A stretch of 64,000 nt of DNA from Desulfobacterales bacterium (GTDB lineage Bacteria; Desulfobacterota; Desulfobulbia; Desulfobulbales; BM004). Positions 7,976 through 17,898 of the stretch are shown in pieces. The DNA lies in contig JAKITW010000003.1 of assembly GCA_021647905.1 (NCBI GenBank), forward strand, positions 3,503 through 67,502. Direction: 5' to 3'. Every line of letters begins with the position of its first letter. The stretch's first letter is position 1. A program made the translations under genes and the position numbers. The notes beneath the pieces are model-generated. The model was not told the DNA's origin and searched no databases. It saw only the letters and a list, made by a program, of their open reading frames with translations.

Positions 7976-9037
7976 CTACGTTTCCGAACTGGGCGCCGGC
8001 CCCGGGCCAAGGGCCTGCTGCCGGCTGCCCGGCAGCAGGGAGAGTCGATCATACCGCTTGAGATCATTACCCCGGATCATCTCCTGGACGTCCAGCACAT
8101 AGGCCTCCCGCCGTTCCGAGTATAAGCGCAGTCCCTCGGCCAGGGCCAGGGGATCGCTGGTCTGCCGCCGGATCTCACGGAGGGGCTCATAGGCGGCCAA
8201 GCGGTTGATGGTGAGGAGATAGCCCCGCACCGAGTCAAGGATCGAATCATAGGCCTTGACCTTGTGGGTCTTGCCCTCTTCCCGCTGGGACGGGACAATC
8301 CCCCTCCCCCCCCAGGTCCAGATGCCGAACAGGTTGTTGCCCTGGCGGACAAAACGGGAACGGCCCCAGGATGATTCAATCGCCCCCTGGGCCAGAACAA
8401 GGCTTATCGGCAACACATCCACCCGCCTGAGCAGCAGATTGGCCCTGGCGGTGCGATACTTTCGGACGAGACCATAAACAAAATCTCTTTCCTCACTGGA
8501 AAGGAAAGAGTCCCAGGAGCCGGGCCGGCCCTCCCACCCTTGGCGGGTAAAGACCAGTTCATCCGGGGCATATCCGGTTTTGGCAATAATCGCCAGCAAC
8601 CATGATCGTTCCAGCCGCACCTCGTTCAGGGCGATCATCGCCACCGGCAGCAGGGTGTGGAGAAATATCTTTTTAGTGACCCGTACGTCCTGGAAGGTAT
8701 GGAGATTTGCCGGATAGCTGGTAAACTCCACCGCCGGCACCCGGGTCTCCGGGGTGATCTGCCACAGGTTGAGCTGTTTGAGCTGCCCGATTCTGGCGGT
8801 CACCGTGTTGGTCTCCGCCGAGGCGAGCACAACCGGCTGTCCCGGGGCAAGATCCTGGGGAGGGGCGATGGCGATATGGCTTAAGAAAAATGTCAGATAA
8901 ACAAGGAATGTCATAAGTAAAAAAAGAGCTGAAAAAATAAAACGACGGTCCATCCTCCGGTTGCCGAACATCATTATCCGGCTGGGGACGGAATCGTTCC
9001 GGTTCATTGTCTGCGGAGTCTGCGACATGATAGTCAT
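7976..9037 (-). CDS. Bax/FlgJ-like glucosaminidase-domain protein, membrane-anchored
   Basis: LAQGAIESSWGRSRFVRQGNNLFGIW...KVKAYDSILDSVRGYLLTIN matches the mannosyl-glycoprotein endo-beta-N-acetylglucosaminidase (Bax) pattern. The N-terminus has a TM helix. The exact start is uncertain. Confidence 0.7.
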   Translation of the reverse strand: MTIMSQTPQTMNRNDSVPSRIMMFGNRRMDRRFIFSALFLLMTFLVYLTFFLSHIAIAPPQDLAPGQPVVLASAETNTVTARIGQLKQLNLWQITPETRVPAVEFTSYPANLHTFQDVRVTKKIFLHTLLPVAMIALNEVRLERSWLLAIIAKTGYAPDELVFTRQGWEGRPGSWDSFLSSEERDFVYGLVRKYRTARANLLLRRVDVLPISLVLAQGAIESSWGRSRFVRQGNNLFGIWTWGGRGIVPSQREEGKTHKVKAYDSILDSVRGYLLTINRLAAYEPLREIRRQTSDPLALAEGLRLYSERREAYVLDVQEMIRGNDLKRYDRLSLLPGSRQQALGPGPAPSSET

Positions 9038-9196
9038 GGCCCGGCCCGGTCAAACCGAGCAGGCGCGAGCCCCACCCTGGATTATTGTCAGCCGAAATAA
9101 ATTCGGAAGGGGGTTTATTTATAGGAAATCGAAAGAAAATGCAAGGAAAGATCGTCTCAAGATGAAAGAACCGGCTGTTTTATCGGACAAAACAGC

Positions 9197-11299
9197 TTAT
9201 TCTTTTTTTTCGGGCTTAAACAAGGTGAGTTGCCCTGGTCTCTGCCTGCCGGATTTCTTCGGCTCCGGGGAGGGGGAGGACGTAGCGGCGGCACCCTTGG
9301 CCGCGGGCGGTGTTGCCTGGGAATCAGCCGGCCGGGCCGGAGCCGGACTCTTTGGCTCGTCTGATACCTGGACCGCCAGCTCGGCGATTCTCCGTACCGG
9401 TCGATTGGCCACCCGCCTGCCGATGGCCCCTACCCCCTTGATGAGAAAGTCGTCCATCCGGATCCGCATCGAATTGGATTTGGCCCGGGCCAGGGGTGTG
9501 AAATCCACCCGGAAACGGATCCCCTTGCCGGTCCTGAGCAGCAGAATCGCCGACTTTTTATGTTCCGCAAACAGGCGGTACTCCTTGCCGACAATGAACT
9601 TCGGGGTGTGGAACCGTTTCACATAAACCAGCTGCTGGCGGCCGTCCCGGTAGACCAGGTTGAAGATCTCCCCGGGATCAACAGGCATCTTGCCGGCCCA
9701 GAACAGGTCATGGCCGACAAAGACCTTGTCCGTCACGTTAATCACCTTATAGAGGCCGTCCTTGTAAACAAGCAGGATCCGGTCATACTCGGAGCAGGCG
9801 ATTGCCACGTCGCCGTCGGTCTTGACCTGGTGGCCCAAAAGCCCGGTCTCCCGGTGGTAGCCCACGGTGAGATTGGACAGGGCCACCTTGCGCGCCTCCA
9901 CCTCCTTGAAGGCCCTGAGTTCGGTGCGCCGCGGGTAAGAGGGGCCGTATTTCTCGAGCAGCCCCTCCAGATAGCTGATCGTATAGGAGACCATGTCCTT
10001 GAGATGATTTTTAATCCGCCGGATGGATTTGTTGATCTCCTTGATCTCTTTATGCTGTTTCTTCAGGTCAAAAAGGGAGATCCGCTTGATCCGGATCTCC
10101 AGCAGGTGATCGATGTCCTCCCGGCTGACCGGACGTCCCAGTTCTCCGGCAAAGGGTTCCAAACCCTGGGTCACGGTGTCGATGATCGCCTTCTGCGAGG
10201 TGCATTCCTCGATCCGCTTGTAGATCCGCTGCTCGATGAAGATCCGTTCCAGGGTGCGCAGGTGCAGTTTTTCCTTGAGCCGACCCAGGTCGATCCGCAA
10301 CTCCTTTTCCAGGTCGTTGACCAGTTTGCCGGTGTTGTAGGAGACCACCTCCTCCACTGTCAGGTTATATGGGGTGTTGTCCCGGATCAGCATCAGGTTG
10401 GGCGAGATGGAGATCTCGCAGTCGGAAAAGGCGTACAGGGCCTTGATCGTGTCCCGGGCATACACCCCGCGGGCCAGCTTGATCTCGATCTCCACCTCCT
10501 CGGCGGTGTAGTCGTTGATGGAGACGATCTTGATCTTGCCGGCCCGGGCCGCCTTTTCAACGCTGTTGATCAGGGATTCAGTGGTGGTGCCGTAAGGGAT
10601 CTCCTTGATATGGATGGTCTTGTCATTGACCTCAACGATCCTGGCCCGGCACTTGAGCCGGCCGTTGCCGTGGTTGTAGCCGGACACGTCCAGCAGCCCG
10701 CCCTGGATAAAATCCGGATAAAGCTCAAAGGGCTCGTCTCTCAATATTTTGATCTGCGCCTCCAGCAATTCACGGAAATTGTGGGGCATGATCTTGGTGG
10801 CCATGCCCACCGCGATCCCCTCGGTGCCGTGGAGGAGCAGAAAGGGCAGCTTGGCCGGCAGGGTCACCGGTTCCTGGAGCCGGCCGTCATAGGAGGGCAC
10901 GAATTCGGTGAGGTCCTTGTTGAACAGGGTCTCGCGGGCCAGCGGCGAGAGCCGACATTCGATGTAGCGGGGGGCCGAGGCCTGGTCCCCGGTATGGATG
11001 TTGCCGAAGTTCCCCTGCCGCTCGATGAGATAGCCCTTGTTGGCCAGGTTGACCAGGGCCCCGAAGATGGAGCTGTCGCCGTGGGGGTGGAGTTTCATCG
11101 AGTCGCCCACCACGTTGGCCACCTTCTGGAAGCGGCCGTCGTCCATGTTGAACAGGGTCTGGAGGATGCGGCGCTGGACCGGTTTCAACCCGTCGTTGAT
11201 ATCCGGAATGGCCCGTTCCTTGATCACATAGGAGGCGTACTCCATGAAGTTGCGATCAAAGAGCTGGTGCAGCTTGCCGACTTGCCCGGAGGTCTCCAT
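9197..11299 (-). CDS. parC: Type IIA topoisomerase subunit A (topoisomerase IV ParC-like)
   Basis: YASYVIKERAIPDINDGLKPVQRRIL, HPHGD and the catalytic RYIE context. A Pro/Lys-rich C-terminal tail is present. Confidence 0.85.
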   Translation of the reverse strand: METSGQVGKLHQLFDRNFMEYASYVIKERAIPDINDGLKPVQRRILQTLFNMDDGRFQKVANVVGDSMKLHPHGDSSIFGALVNLANKGYLIERQGNFGNIHTGDQASAPRYIECRLSPLARETLFNKDLTEFVPSYDGRLQEPVTLPAKLPFLLLHGTEGIAVGMATKIMPHNFRELLEAQIKILRDEPFELYPDFIQGGLLDVSGYNHGNGRLKCRARIVEVNDKTIHIKEIPYGTTTESLINSVEKAARAGKIKIVSINDYTAEEVEIEIKLARGVYARDTIKALYAFSDCEISISPNLMLIRDNTPYNLTVEEVVSYNTGKLVNDLEKELRIDLGRLKEKLHLRTLERIFIEQRIYKRIEECTSQKAIIDTVTQGLEPFAGELGRPVSREDIDHLLEIRIKRISLFDLKKQHKEIKEINKSIRRIKNHLKDMVSYTISYLEGLLEKYGPSYPRRTELRAFKEVEARKVALSNLTVGYHRETGLLGHQVKTDGDVAIACSEYDRILLVYKDGLYKVINVTDKVFVGHDLFWAGKMPVDPGEIFNLVYRDGRQQLVYVKRFHTPKFIVGKEYRLFAEHKKSAILLLRTGKGIRFRVDFTPLARAKSNSMRIRMDDFLIKGVGAIGRRVANRPVRRIAELAVQVSDEPKSPAPARPADSQATPPAAKGAAATSSPSPEPKKSGRQRPGQLTLFKPEKKE

Positions 11300-11303
11300 G
11301 GCC

Positions 11304-13136
11304 TTATACCAGGTGCTCCATGATGTACTCGCGCCGATCCGGCGTATTCTTGCCCATATAGAAGCTCAGGACCTTGGGCACCTCGCTTAACCGGTCAATG
11401 GTCACCTGGCGAATCTTCATGTCCTTGTCGATGAACTGTTTGAACTCCCTGGGCGAAATCTCGCCCAGGCCCTTGAAGCGGGTCATCTCCACGTTGAGCC
11501 GGGCCTTGCCCCGGCCGGCCAGCTTCCTGCTCGCCTGGTCGCGCTCCCTGTCCGAGTAACAGTAGATGGTTTCCTTCTTGTTCCGAACCCGGAAAAGGGG
11601 CGTCTCCAGGATGAACACATGGCCCATCTTGACCAGCGGTTCATAGTAGTGGAGAAAAAAGGTCAGCAGCAGGTTGCGGATATGGAGGCCGTCCACGTCG
11701 GCGTCCGTTGCCAGGATGATCTTGTCGTAACGAAGGTTGCCCACCGACTCCTCGATATTAAGGGCGCACATCAGGTTGTACATCTCTTCATTCTTGTACA
11801 TCAGGGCCAGGTTCTGGCCGAACACGTTCAATGGTTTGCCCTTGAGCGAAAACACCGCCTGGGTCATCGGGTCCCGGGAACTGACAATGGAGCCGGCCGC
11901 GGACTGTCCCTCGGTGATGAACAGCATGTTCTCCCGGCCCGGGGGAGAGGGTTTTCCCCGGGAGGGATGGTACTTGCAGTCCTTGAGCTGGGCGATCTTG
12001 ATCGCCACCTTCTTGGCCTTTACCCGGGCCTCCTTGCGCACCTGCTGCAATTCCTTGCGCACCTTCTCGTTGTGCTGGATCTTTTCCAGCAGCCGCTCGG
12101 CGGTGTCGCTGTTCTTGTAGAGATGGGCCGCCACCGCGTCCTTGACCACGTTGACGATCCAGGCCCGGATCTCGGTGTTGCCCAGCTTGTTCTTGGTCTG
12201 GGACTCGAACACCGGGTCCTTGATCTTCACTGCAAAGGCGCCGACAATACCTTCCCGCACATCATTGCCGATAAATTTTTTATTGGAGTTGCAGTACTCG
12301 TTCACCCCCTTGAGCACCCCCTCCCGGAACGCCGACAGGTGGGTCCCGCCCCCGCTGGTATAGGTGCCGTTGACAAAGGAAAAATAACTGTCCCCGTAGT
12401 TGTCGGTGTGGCAGAAGGCAAACTCCAGGGTGGCGTCCTTAAAGTAGATGGCCGGATAGAGATGGCTGCCGTTCACCTCCCGTTCGAGCAGGTCCTTGAG
12501 CCCGTTGGCGGAAAAGAAACGTTCCTCGTCAAGATAGAGATTGAGGCCGGCATTGAGATAGGCGTAGCGCCAGAGCCGCTGCCGGACATATTCCAGGTCA
12601 AAAACATAGTCGTCGAACAGCTCTTTTTCAGGCCTGAACTCGATCAGGGTGCCGTTTTTCTCCCTGGTCCTGCCTTGTTTCTCCTCCTGCAGCACCCCCT
12701 GGTAAAAATGGGCAGCGGCATATCGGCCGTCCCGGAAGGAGGTCACCTTGAAGGTCTCGGCCAGGGCGTTGACCGCCTTGGTGCCCACCCCGTTCAGCCC
12801 CACGGAAAACTGGAACACATCGGTATTGTACTTGGCCCCGGTATTGATCACTGAAACGCACTCCACCAGCTTGCCCAGGGGAATACCCCGGCCAAAGTCC
12901 CGCACCCGCACCGTTCCCTCCTGGCTGATGAAGACGTCGATCCGCTTGCCGGCCCCCATGATGAACTCATCCACTGCATTGTCGATGATCTCCTTTAACA
13001 GGATATAAATCCCGTCATCAGGATGGGTGCCCCGGCCGAGACGACCGATGTACATACCCGGCCGCAGCCGGATATGTTCCAGGGAACTCAAGGTCTTAAT
13101 CTTACTTTCGTCGTAGTTGTGCGCAGGTAGGCTCAT
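11304..13136 (-). CDS. parE: Type IIA topoisomerase subunit B (ParE-like)
   Basis: GHKL ATPase motifs (EIIDNAVDE, GLNGVG) and Toprim motifs (LFITEGQSA, ILATDADVDG). Lies 4 nt upstream of parC. Confidence 0.9.
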   Translation of the reverse strand: MSLPAHNYDESKIKTLSSLEHIRLRPGMYIGRLGRGTHPDDGIYILLKEIIDNAVDEFIMGAGKRIDVFISQEGTVRVRDFGRGIPLGKLVECVSVINTGAKYNTDVFQFSVGLNGVGTKAVNALAETFKVTSFRDGRYAAAHFYQGVLQEEKQGRTREKNGTLIEFRPEKELFDDYVFDLEYVRQRLWRYAYLNAGLNLYLDEERFFSANGLKDLLEREVNGSHLYPAIYFKDATLEFAFCHTDNYGDSYFSFVNGTYTSGGGTHLSAFREGVLKGVNEYCNSNKKFIGNDVREGIVGAFAVKIKDPVFESQTKNKLGNTEIRAWIVNVVKDAVAAHLYKNSDTAERLLEKIQHNEKVRKELQQVRKEARVKAKKVAIKIAQLKDCKYHPSRGKPSPPGRENMLFITEGQSAAGSIVSSRDPMTQAVFSLKGKPLNVFGQNLALMYKNEEMYNLMCALNIEESVGNLRYDKIILATDADVDGLHIRNLLLTFFLHYYEPLVKMGHVFILETPLFRVRNKKETIYCYSDRERDQASRKLAGRGKARLNVEMTRFKGLGEISPREFKQFIDKDMKIRQVTIDRLSEVPKVLSFYMGKNTPDRREYIMEHLV

Positions 13137-13420
13137 ATGCTGAGTTCATGGGATAGAATTCGTCAGAAAGATCGTATTGTCGTGTCCGATTACGGTCACT
13201 GCCATCCCAGCGGACAATGACCAAGATACGGGGACATGGCATACTATATATGGACGAAGCATAAAACTTATACACAATATGTAGTGGCCGGGCAACTAAA
13301 AAATCAGAACGGAAAATCGTCTCTCCCCTGCCGAGGGGGTTGAACCGTACGGGAATTCTCCGTGGCCGATGCGGAAACAGTTGCTTTTTTCTGGTATAGT
13401 CTTCCGTGAAAAGTCTGGTT

Positions 13421-13503
13421 TAACCGCGGAGAACGCCGAGGTCACAGAGCTAATTATTTAAAATAATAAAAGTTTCTCTGCGGCCTCTGCGTACTCAGCG
13501 GTA
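13421..13503. repeat. Palindromic GCAGAGG-type element (family partner at 54372-54441)
   Basis: The arm ccgcggagaacgccgaggtcacagag and the arm ctctgcggcctctgcgtactcagcgg are imperfect reverse complements around an AT-rich loop (taattatttaaaataataaaag). Confidence 0.6.
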
Positions 13504-13522
13504 AATATTTTAGTTTTTACGA

Positions 13523-14386
13523 ATGCATCACCCTTCACGGTTTAAAAATATCATGTCCACAAGCAGAGCGCTTCCCACCTCCATGGCCCTGAGCATTGCC
13601 GGTTCCGACCCCTCGGGCGGGGCCGGGATCCAGGCCGATCTGAAGACTTTTTGCATGGTCGGGGTATACGGCGGCGCGGTGATCACCTGTCTCACCGCCC
13701 AGAACACCAGGGGAGTCGCCTCATATCGCCCGGTGGACCCGGAATTGGTGGGCCAACAGATCAAGCTGGTGCTGCAGGACCTGCCGGTCAGCCATATCAA
13801 GATCGGCATGGTCGGCACCGGAGAGATTGCCATCCATATCGGCGCGGCCCTGGAAAACTTCAGCGGTGAAATTGTCTGTGATCCGGTGCTGGCCGCCACC
13901 TCCGGCCTGAGCCTGCTCAAGGAATCGGCCCGGGCGGCCTACCGTGACCAAATCCTTGCCCGGGCCACGGTGTTGATCCCCAACCTTGAAGAGTTATCCC
14001 TGCTGGCGGAACGATCCTGCGCAAACCCGGCCGGGGAGATCGCCGCCGGCAGGATACTTTTCGACCGTTTCCCGCGGCTGCGCTCTATTGTTATCAAGGG
14101 AGGCCATCGGCCGGACGACGATCCGATAATCGACCGGCTGCTGGTCCGCCGGCCCGGCGGCGCGGTGGAAATCACGGCCAGAAGCCATCCCCGGGTCCGT
14201 TCCAGAAACACCCACGGCACCGGCTGCACCATGGCCGCGGCCTTTACCGCCCATCACCTGCTCGAAAACGACGACTCCATTGCCTTTGATAAGAGCGTGC
14301 ATTTCATGGACCATCTCCTGACCGTCAGCGAACCGTCCCGTCTGGGACACGGCATCGGCCCCCTGCTCCACCATCTGGCCAGGTGA
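13523..14386 (+). CDS. thiD: Hydroxymethylpyrimidine/phosphomethylpyrimidine kinase
   Basis: [25 protein letters not shown] and GTGCT motifs. The true start may be 13553 or 13583, since no clear RBS is visible. Confidence 0.85.
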   Translation: MHHPSRFKNIMSTSRALPTSMALSIAGSDPSGGAGIQADLKTFCMVGVYGGAVITCLTAQNTRGVASYRPVDPELVGQQIKLVLQDLPVSHIKIGMVGTGEIAIHIGAALENFSGEIVCDPVLAATSGLSLLKESARAAYRDQILARATVLIPNLEELSLLAERSCANPAGEIAAGRILFDRFPRLRSIVIKGGHRPDDDPIIDRLLVRRPGGAVEITARSHPRVRSRNTHGTGCTMAAAFTAHHLLENDDSIAFDKSVHFMDHLLTVSEPSRLGHGIGPLLHHLAR

Positions 14387-14445
14387 GCGACTGCAAGGAG
14401 ACTCCGAAACGGGTTCGGTGCCGGTGAGAGCTTGCCGGCGTTCAG

Positions 14446-14649
14446 CTATTCCATCATCCGGATGTTGCCGCAATCCGGACAGATCCAGGTCGGGCCGTTG
14501 CTGATGCCCCACTTGTTTTCCTTGAAACAGGTGTCGCAGATCTGGAAGCCGCAGGGACAACTCCAGCAGAAGGGTTGTTTTTTCTGACAGCAAGAGCACT
14601 GAAACTCCTTGCGGCGACGCCTTGTTTTTTTTCCTTCCTGCCCGCCCAT
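14446..14649 (-). CDS. Small Cys-rich zinc-ribbon-like protein
   Basis: 67 aa with a basic N-terminus and 10 Cys (CSCC...CWSCPC...CDTC...CPDC). Begins 3 nt after the cutA stop. Confidence 0.5.
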   Translation of the reverse strand: MGGQEGKKTRRRRKEFQCSCCQKKQPFCWSCPCGFQICDTCFKENKWGISNGPTWICPDCGNIRMME

Positions 14650-14652
14650 ATG

Positions 14653-14982
14653 CTACGATGTCTCCTTGACAATCTCTTGATCCAGCCATTGCAGGTAACT
14701 GGCAGACCCGGCCGTTATCTCCACAGCCACTATTTCCGGGACCTCGTAGGGATGGATCGCACCAATGGCCTCGCGGACCGCCTCGAAAGATCCCTGCCTG
14801 GTCTTGGCAATGCATAAAAACTCTTCCGCCTCCTGCACCGCGCCCTGCCAGCGGTAGATACTGGTCATCGGGCCGATGATCTGCACACAGGCGGCCAGCT
14901 TTTGTTCCACCAGCCGCCCGGCGATCCGGGTGCCGTCCTCTTTACTCTCCACCGTGGTCATCACCTGTATGTATCCGGTCAT
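14653..14982 (-). CDS. cutA: Divalent-cation tolerance protein CutA
   Basis: 109 aa. LAACVQIIGPMTSIYRWQGAVQEAEE...HPYEVPEI is the classic CutA1 pattern. Confidence 0.85.
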   Translation of the reverse strand: MTGYIQVMTTVESKEDGTRIAGRLVEQKLAACVQIIGPMTSIYRWQGAVQEAEEFLCIAKTRQGSFEAVREAIGAIHPYEVPEIVAVEITAGSASYLQWLDQEIVKETS

Positions 14983-15006
14983 TGTCCTTCTCCATTATTT
15001 ATACGG

Positions 15007-17154
15007 TTACAACAATCGTCCATGGTAGTTGAAGGTAGATGCTGGCTTCCCTCCCCTTCCCCCTTGCAGTTCCCTGGCCAGGTTATTGAAAAAATTACGG
15101 TCGCGTTTGAGATAGGAGAGATCAACCACTCCATAGTCGAGTCCCATGGCCCCTAGCTCGGGCAACTGGGCCAGCAGGGAAAAAGGGCGGTCCGGCAGGG
15201 CCAGGGTCGCGCCCCAGCGCTGGACAAGTTCGTACGCCTCGCCCCTGGGGCTGACGAACCGGGCCTGGTAGCGGAAATGTTCCGCCCGCAGCCGGGCGGT
15301 GAACAGCGGAATCCGGCCGAACACGGTCATCCCCGGGGCCACTGCCGGCTTGCCGCCCTGGTGGCGGCAGATATCAGCAAGCGTTTTCTTGTCGACCTCA
15401 ACCGCGATCTGGGCCCGCTGAAAACCGTTTTTTCCAAGCGCGGCCAGGGCAGCCGAGTTGAGCACGTTAAGGGTATAATCCCCGATCAGCCGCACATCCT
15501 TGATGTGGTTGAGCAAAAGCGTCTGACTGATATGACCGACCTGCCAGGATGTAAAACCGGCCCGGCCCATGAAGTCAATCGCCCGGCCGTAGAAGTCAAG
15601 GTCCTGCTCCAGGATGACCGGCGGCAGGGCCCAGATCAGCCGACGGCGCAGAGAGGCCAGTTTCCGGCCCATCTTTTCGGCCTGAGCAAAGGTCTCACGG
15701 CCCAAGGTGACCAGCACCTGTTCCGGCTTAAAGGGCAGCCGTTGGTTCAATCCCTGCATGGTATCAAGTTTGAGCCACAAAGGAAGAGTACCCTTCGAAC
15801 GCCGCGGTTGCCGGGAGGATGGCGCCGGGCCCAGGGATGCAAGCACCGCTGCCACCTGTTTTCGATCCAGGAGCCGGGCTGTTTTCTTTTTAAACGGCCC
15901 GGGATCGATCAACCGCTGCCTTCTTTCCAGGGCTCTGCCCTGCCTGGTATCCACCAGATAGACCGGATCGCCGCTCTTCACCGGCTGTGGACAGTCAATG
16001 GTGATACGCTCGCCGGCGGTCGCGGTTTTAATTCCCGACCCGTTGGCCGCCTGGATCTTTTTCAGGGTAAACGAGAACCGCTCGCCGCTCTTTTCCCGGT
16101 GGACCCGCAGCCGGTCGCCCGCCTGGATGACCGCCCGGGTCATAAGCTGAGGCCGGCCCTGGCGCAGCCTTTCCACCTTGCCGAGAAAAACGCCGATATT
16201 TCCGGAATGATGCGGGGAAATAATATCGCGGGACTGGGGATTTTTAAAATAACCGGTGCAGGCGCGGCGGCCCATGGACAGGTCGAGCAGTTCCCGGGCC
16301 CGGGCCAGCGCCGCTCCCCGGTCACCGGGCCCGGCATCAAGCATGGTGCGGTAGGCCTTGACCACCGAACCGACATGGTGGGCGTTTCGCAACCTGCCCT
16401 CGATCTTGAGCGAGGTGACCCCGGCCCTGGCAAGCTCCGGCAGCAGCTCAACGGCTGCGAGATCATTCATCGAAAAGAAATAACCGCCCGGCTGGTTGCC
16501 CTTTTTCCGGCCCCGGTTCTCCCAGGTATATCGTCTGCGGCAGGGCTGGACGCAGAACCCGCGCAGGCCGCTCCTGCCGCCCAGTGAACTGCTGAAAAGG
16601 CAGAGTCCGGAATAAGCGAAACAGAGCGCCCCATGGACGAACACCTCCAGTTCAACCGGTGTTTGCCGGTGGATCGCCGCGATTTCCTTGATACATAGTT
16701 CCCGGGCCAGCACCACCCGTTTAAACCCCAGGTCGCTGCATTTTTTGACCCCCAGCGAGTTATGGGCCAGAAACAGGGTGCTGGCGTGGAGGCGCAGCCC
16801 CGGGAAATGGTTCCTGGCCAGGGAATAGACGCCCAGGTCCTGAACAATTACCGCATCCGCCTTCAGGCTGGACAGACGGGCCAGGGTCTCGACCGCGAGG
16901 GGGATCTCCTCCTCCTTGACCAGGCTGTTCATCGCCACGTACAGCTTCACCCGGCGGGAGCGGGCAAAATCAACAAGCGCGGCCAGTTCGGCCCAGGTGA
17001 AATCGCGGCTCAGGGCCCGGGCGTTCAGGGCCGGCGCGCCGATGTAAACCGCATCGGCGCCGGACTCCACCGCAACCTCAAAAACGGCCAGGGTGCCGGC
17101 CGGGGCCAGCAGTTCCATCTTTTTCCCGGGTTGTTGTTCCATGTCCTGCGTCAT
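15007..17154 (-). CDS. U32-family peptidase (long form)
   Basis: MELLAPAG...GADAVYIG...KLYVAMN...GVTSLKIEGR motifs. Start trimmed to ATG 17154, which overlaps the rhomboid stop (ATGA). Confidence 0.8.
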   Translation of the reverse strand: MTQDMEQQPGKKMELLAPAGTLAVFEVAVESGADAVYIGAPALNARALSRDFTWAELAALVDFARSRRVKLYVAMNSLVKEEEIPLAVETLARLSSLKADAVIVQDLGVYSLARNHFPGLRLHASTLFLAHNSLGVKKCSDLGFKRVVLARELCIKEIAAIHRQTPVELEVFVHGALCFAYSGLCLFSSSLGGRSGLRGFCVQPCRRRYTWENRGRKKGNQPGGYFFSMNDLAAVELLPELARAGVTSLKIEGRLRNAHHVGSVVKAYRTMLDAGPGDRGAALARARELLDLSMGRRACTGYFKNPQSRDIISPHHSGNIGVFLGKVERLRQGRPQLMTRAVIQAGDRLRVHREKSGERFSFTLKKIQAANGSGIKTATAGERITIDCPQPVKSGDPVYLVDTRQGRALERRQRLIDPGPFKKKTARLLDRKQVAAVLASLGPAPSSRQPRRSKGTLPLWLKLDTMQGLNQRLPFKPEQVLVTLGRETFAQAEKMGRKLASLRRRLIWALPPVILEQDLDFYGRAIDFMGRAGFTSWQVGHISQTLLLNHIKDVRLIGDYTLNVLNSAALAALGKNGFQRAQIAVEVDKKTLADICRHQGGKPAVAPGMTVFGRIPLFTARLRAEHFRYQARFVSPRGEAYELVQRWGATLALPDRPFSLLAQLPELGAMGLDYGVVDLSYLKRDRNFFNNLARELQGGRGGKPASTFNYHGRLL

Positions 17155-17861
17155 GATCGCCGCTGCCCGAGCCGGCGGATACCGGCCGCTCTCCGTTGCG
17201 CAACGCGGCACCGTTGTTTGTCCCTGAAGAAAAAGACCAGGATCACCCCGGCGGCAAATCCGCAGATATGGGCCCACCAGGCGATACCGCCCTGGAGTTG
17301 ACCTTTGGCGGCCACCAGGCTTGCCGATCCCTGGAGAAACTGGATCAGGAACCAGAAGCCCAGGAACAGGAAAGCCGGCAGTTCAATGGCATAGAAGATG
17401 ATAAAGATCGGGATCAGGGTCAGCACCCGGGCATGGGGATAGGTAAGGAAATAGGCGCCCAATACCCCGGAGATCGCCCCGCTGGCCCCGATCAGCGGCA
17501 CCGGCGACTGCGGCCCGGCCAGGCCCTGGCCGAGCACCGAACAGATACCGCAGAGCAGAAAAAAGATCAGATAGCGGGCGTGTCCCATGCAATCCTCGAC
17601 ATTATCGCCGAAGATCCAGAGCATCCACATGTTGCCGATGAGATGGAAGAACCCGCCATGGAGAAACAGCGAGGAGAATATCGGGGTTATCTCGCCCGTG
17701 GCAAAGAACCGGCTCGGCACAAAGCCGTACTGCAGGAGAAAGGGGTCAAGACGGGGGCCGAGCATGGTCTCATAGACAAAGACCGCGCTGTTCACCAGGA
17801 TCAGGCTGATATTGACCCACGGGATGGTCTGGGTGGGGATGTCGTCTTTTAAGGGGAACAT
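17151..17861 (-). CDS. Rhomboid-family intramembrane serine protease
   Basis: Multi-TM protein with HGGFFHLIGNMWMLW and the catalytic GASGAISGVLG motif. Confidence 0.85.
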   Translation of the reverse strand: MFPLKDDIPTQTIPWVNISLILVNSAVFVYETMLGPRLDPFLLQYGFVPSRFFATGEITPIFSSLFLHGGFFHLIGNMWMLWIFGDNVEDCMGHARYLIFFLLCGICSVLGQGLAGPQSPVPLIGASGAISGVLGAYFLTYPHARVLTLIPIFIIFYAIELPAFLFLGFWFLIQFLQGSASLVAAKGQLQGGIAWWAHICGFAAGVILVFFFRDKQRCRVAQRRAAGIRRLGQRRS

Positions 17862-17898
17862 GGCTGCGCGCCGCGAGGCCCGGGAAGAATGGAGGCGG

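Noticed and set aside
6890-8125. Long ORFs antisense to well-supported genes: 6890-8125+, 9560-11323+, 11619-12854+, 15277-16587+, 20334-21443+, 36972-38369+, 39809-41119+, 41822-43243+, 46148-47047+, 47060-48343+, 48096-49223+, 53569-54408-, 55743-56960-, 32794-33678-
   Set aside because: Each lies opposite a gene with clear family motifs. Their translations are low-complexity (Gly/Arg/Pro/His/Asp-rich) as expected for mirror frames of high-GC coding DNA. No RBS or family signature is visible.
9172-9196. Hairpin gctgtttt...aaaacagc just downstream of parC as an intrinsic terminator
   Set aside because: The stem is AT-rich and is not followed by a clear U-run on the minus strand, so the call would be weak.
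13137-13522. Possible TPP riboswitch upstream of thiD
   Set aside because: I could not find the conserved CUGAGA or ACCUGAUCUGGAUAAUGCCAGCG-type elements. The region instead contains the GCAGAGG palindromic repeat.
13994-14815. 273-aa ORF overlapping thiD, the small Zn-ribbon gene and cutA; also 31152-31661 (169 aa), 56696-57292 (198 aa) and 49326-49646 (106 aa)
   Set aside because: They overlap better-supported genes or span intergenic repeats. Their composition is Arg/Gly/Pro-biased and they show no motifs.
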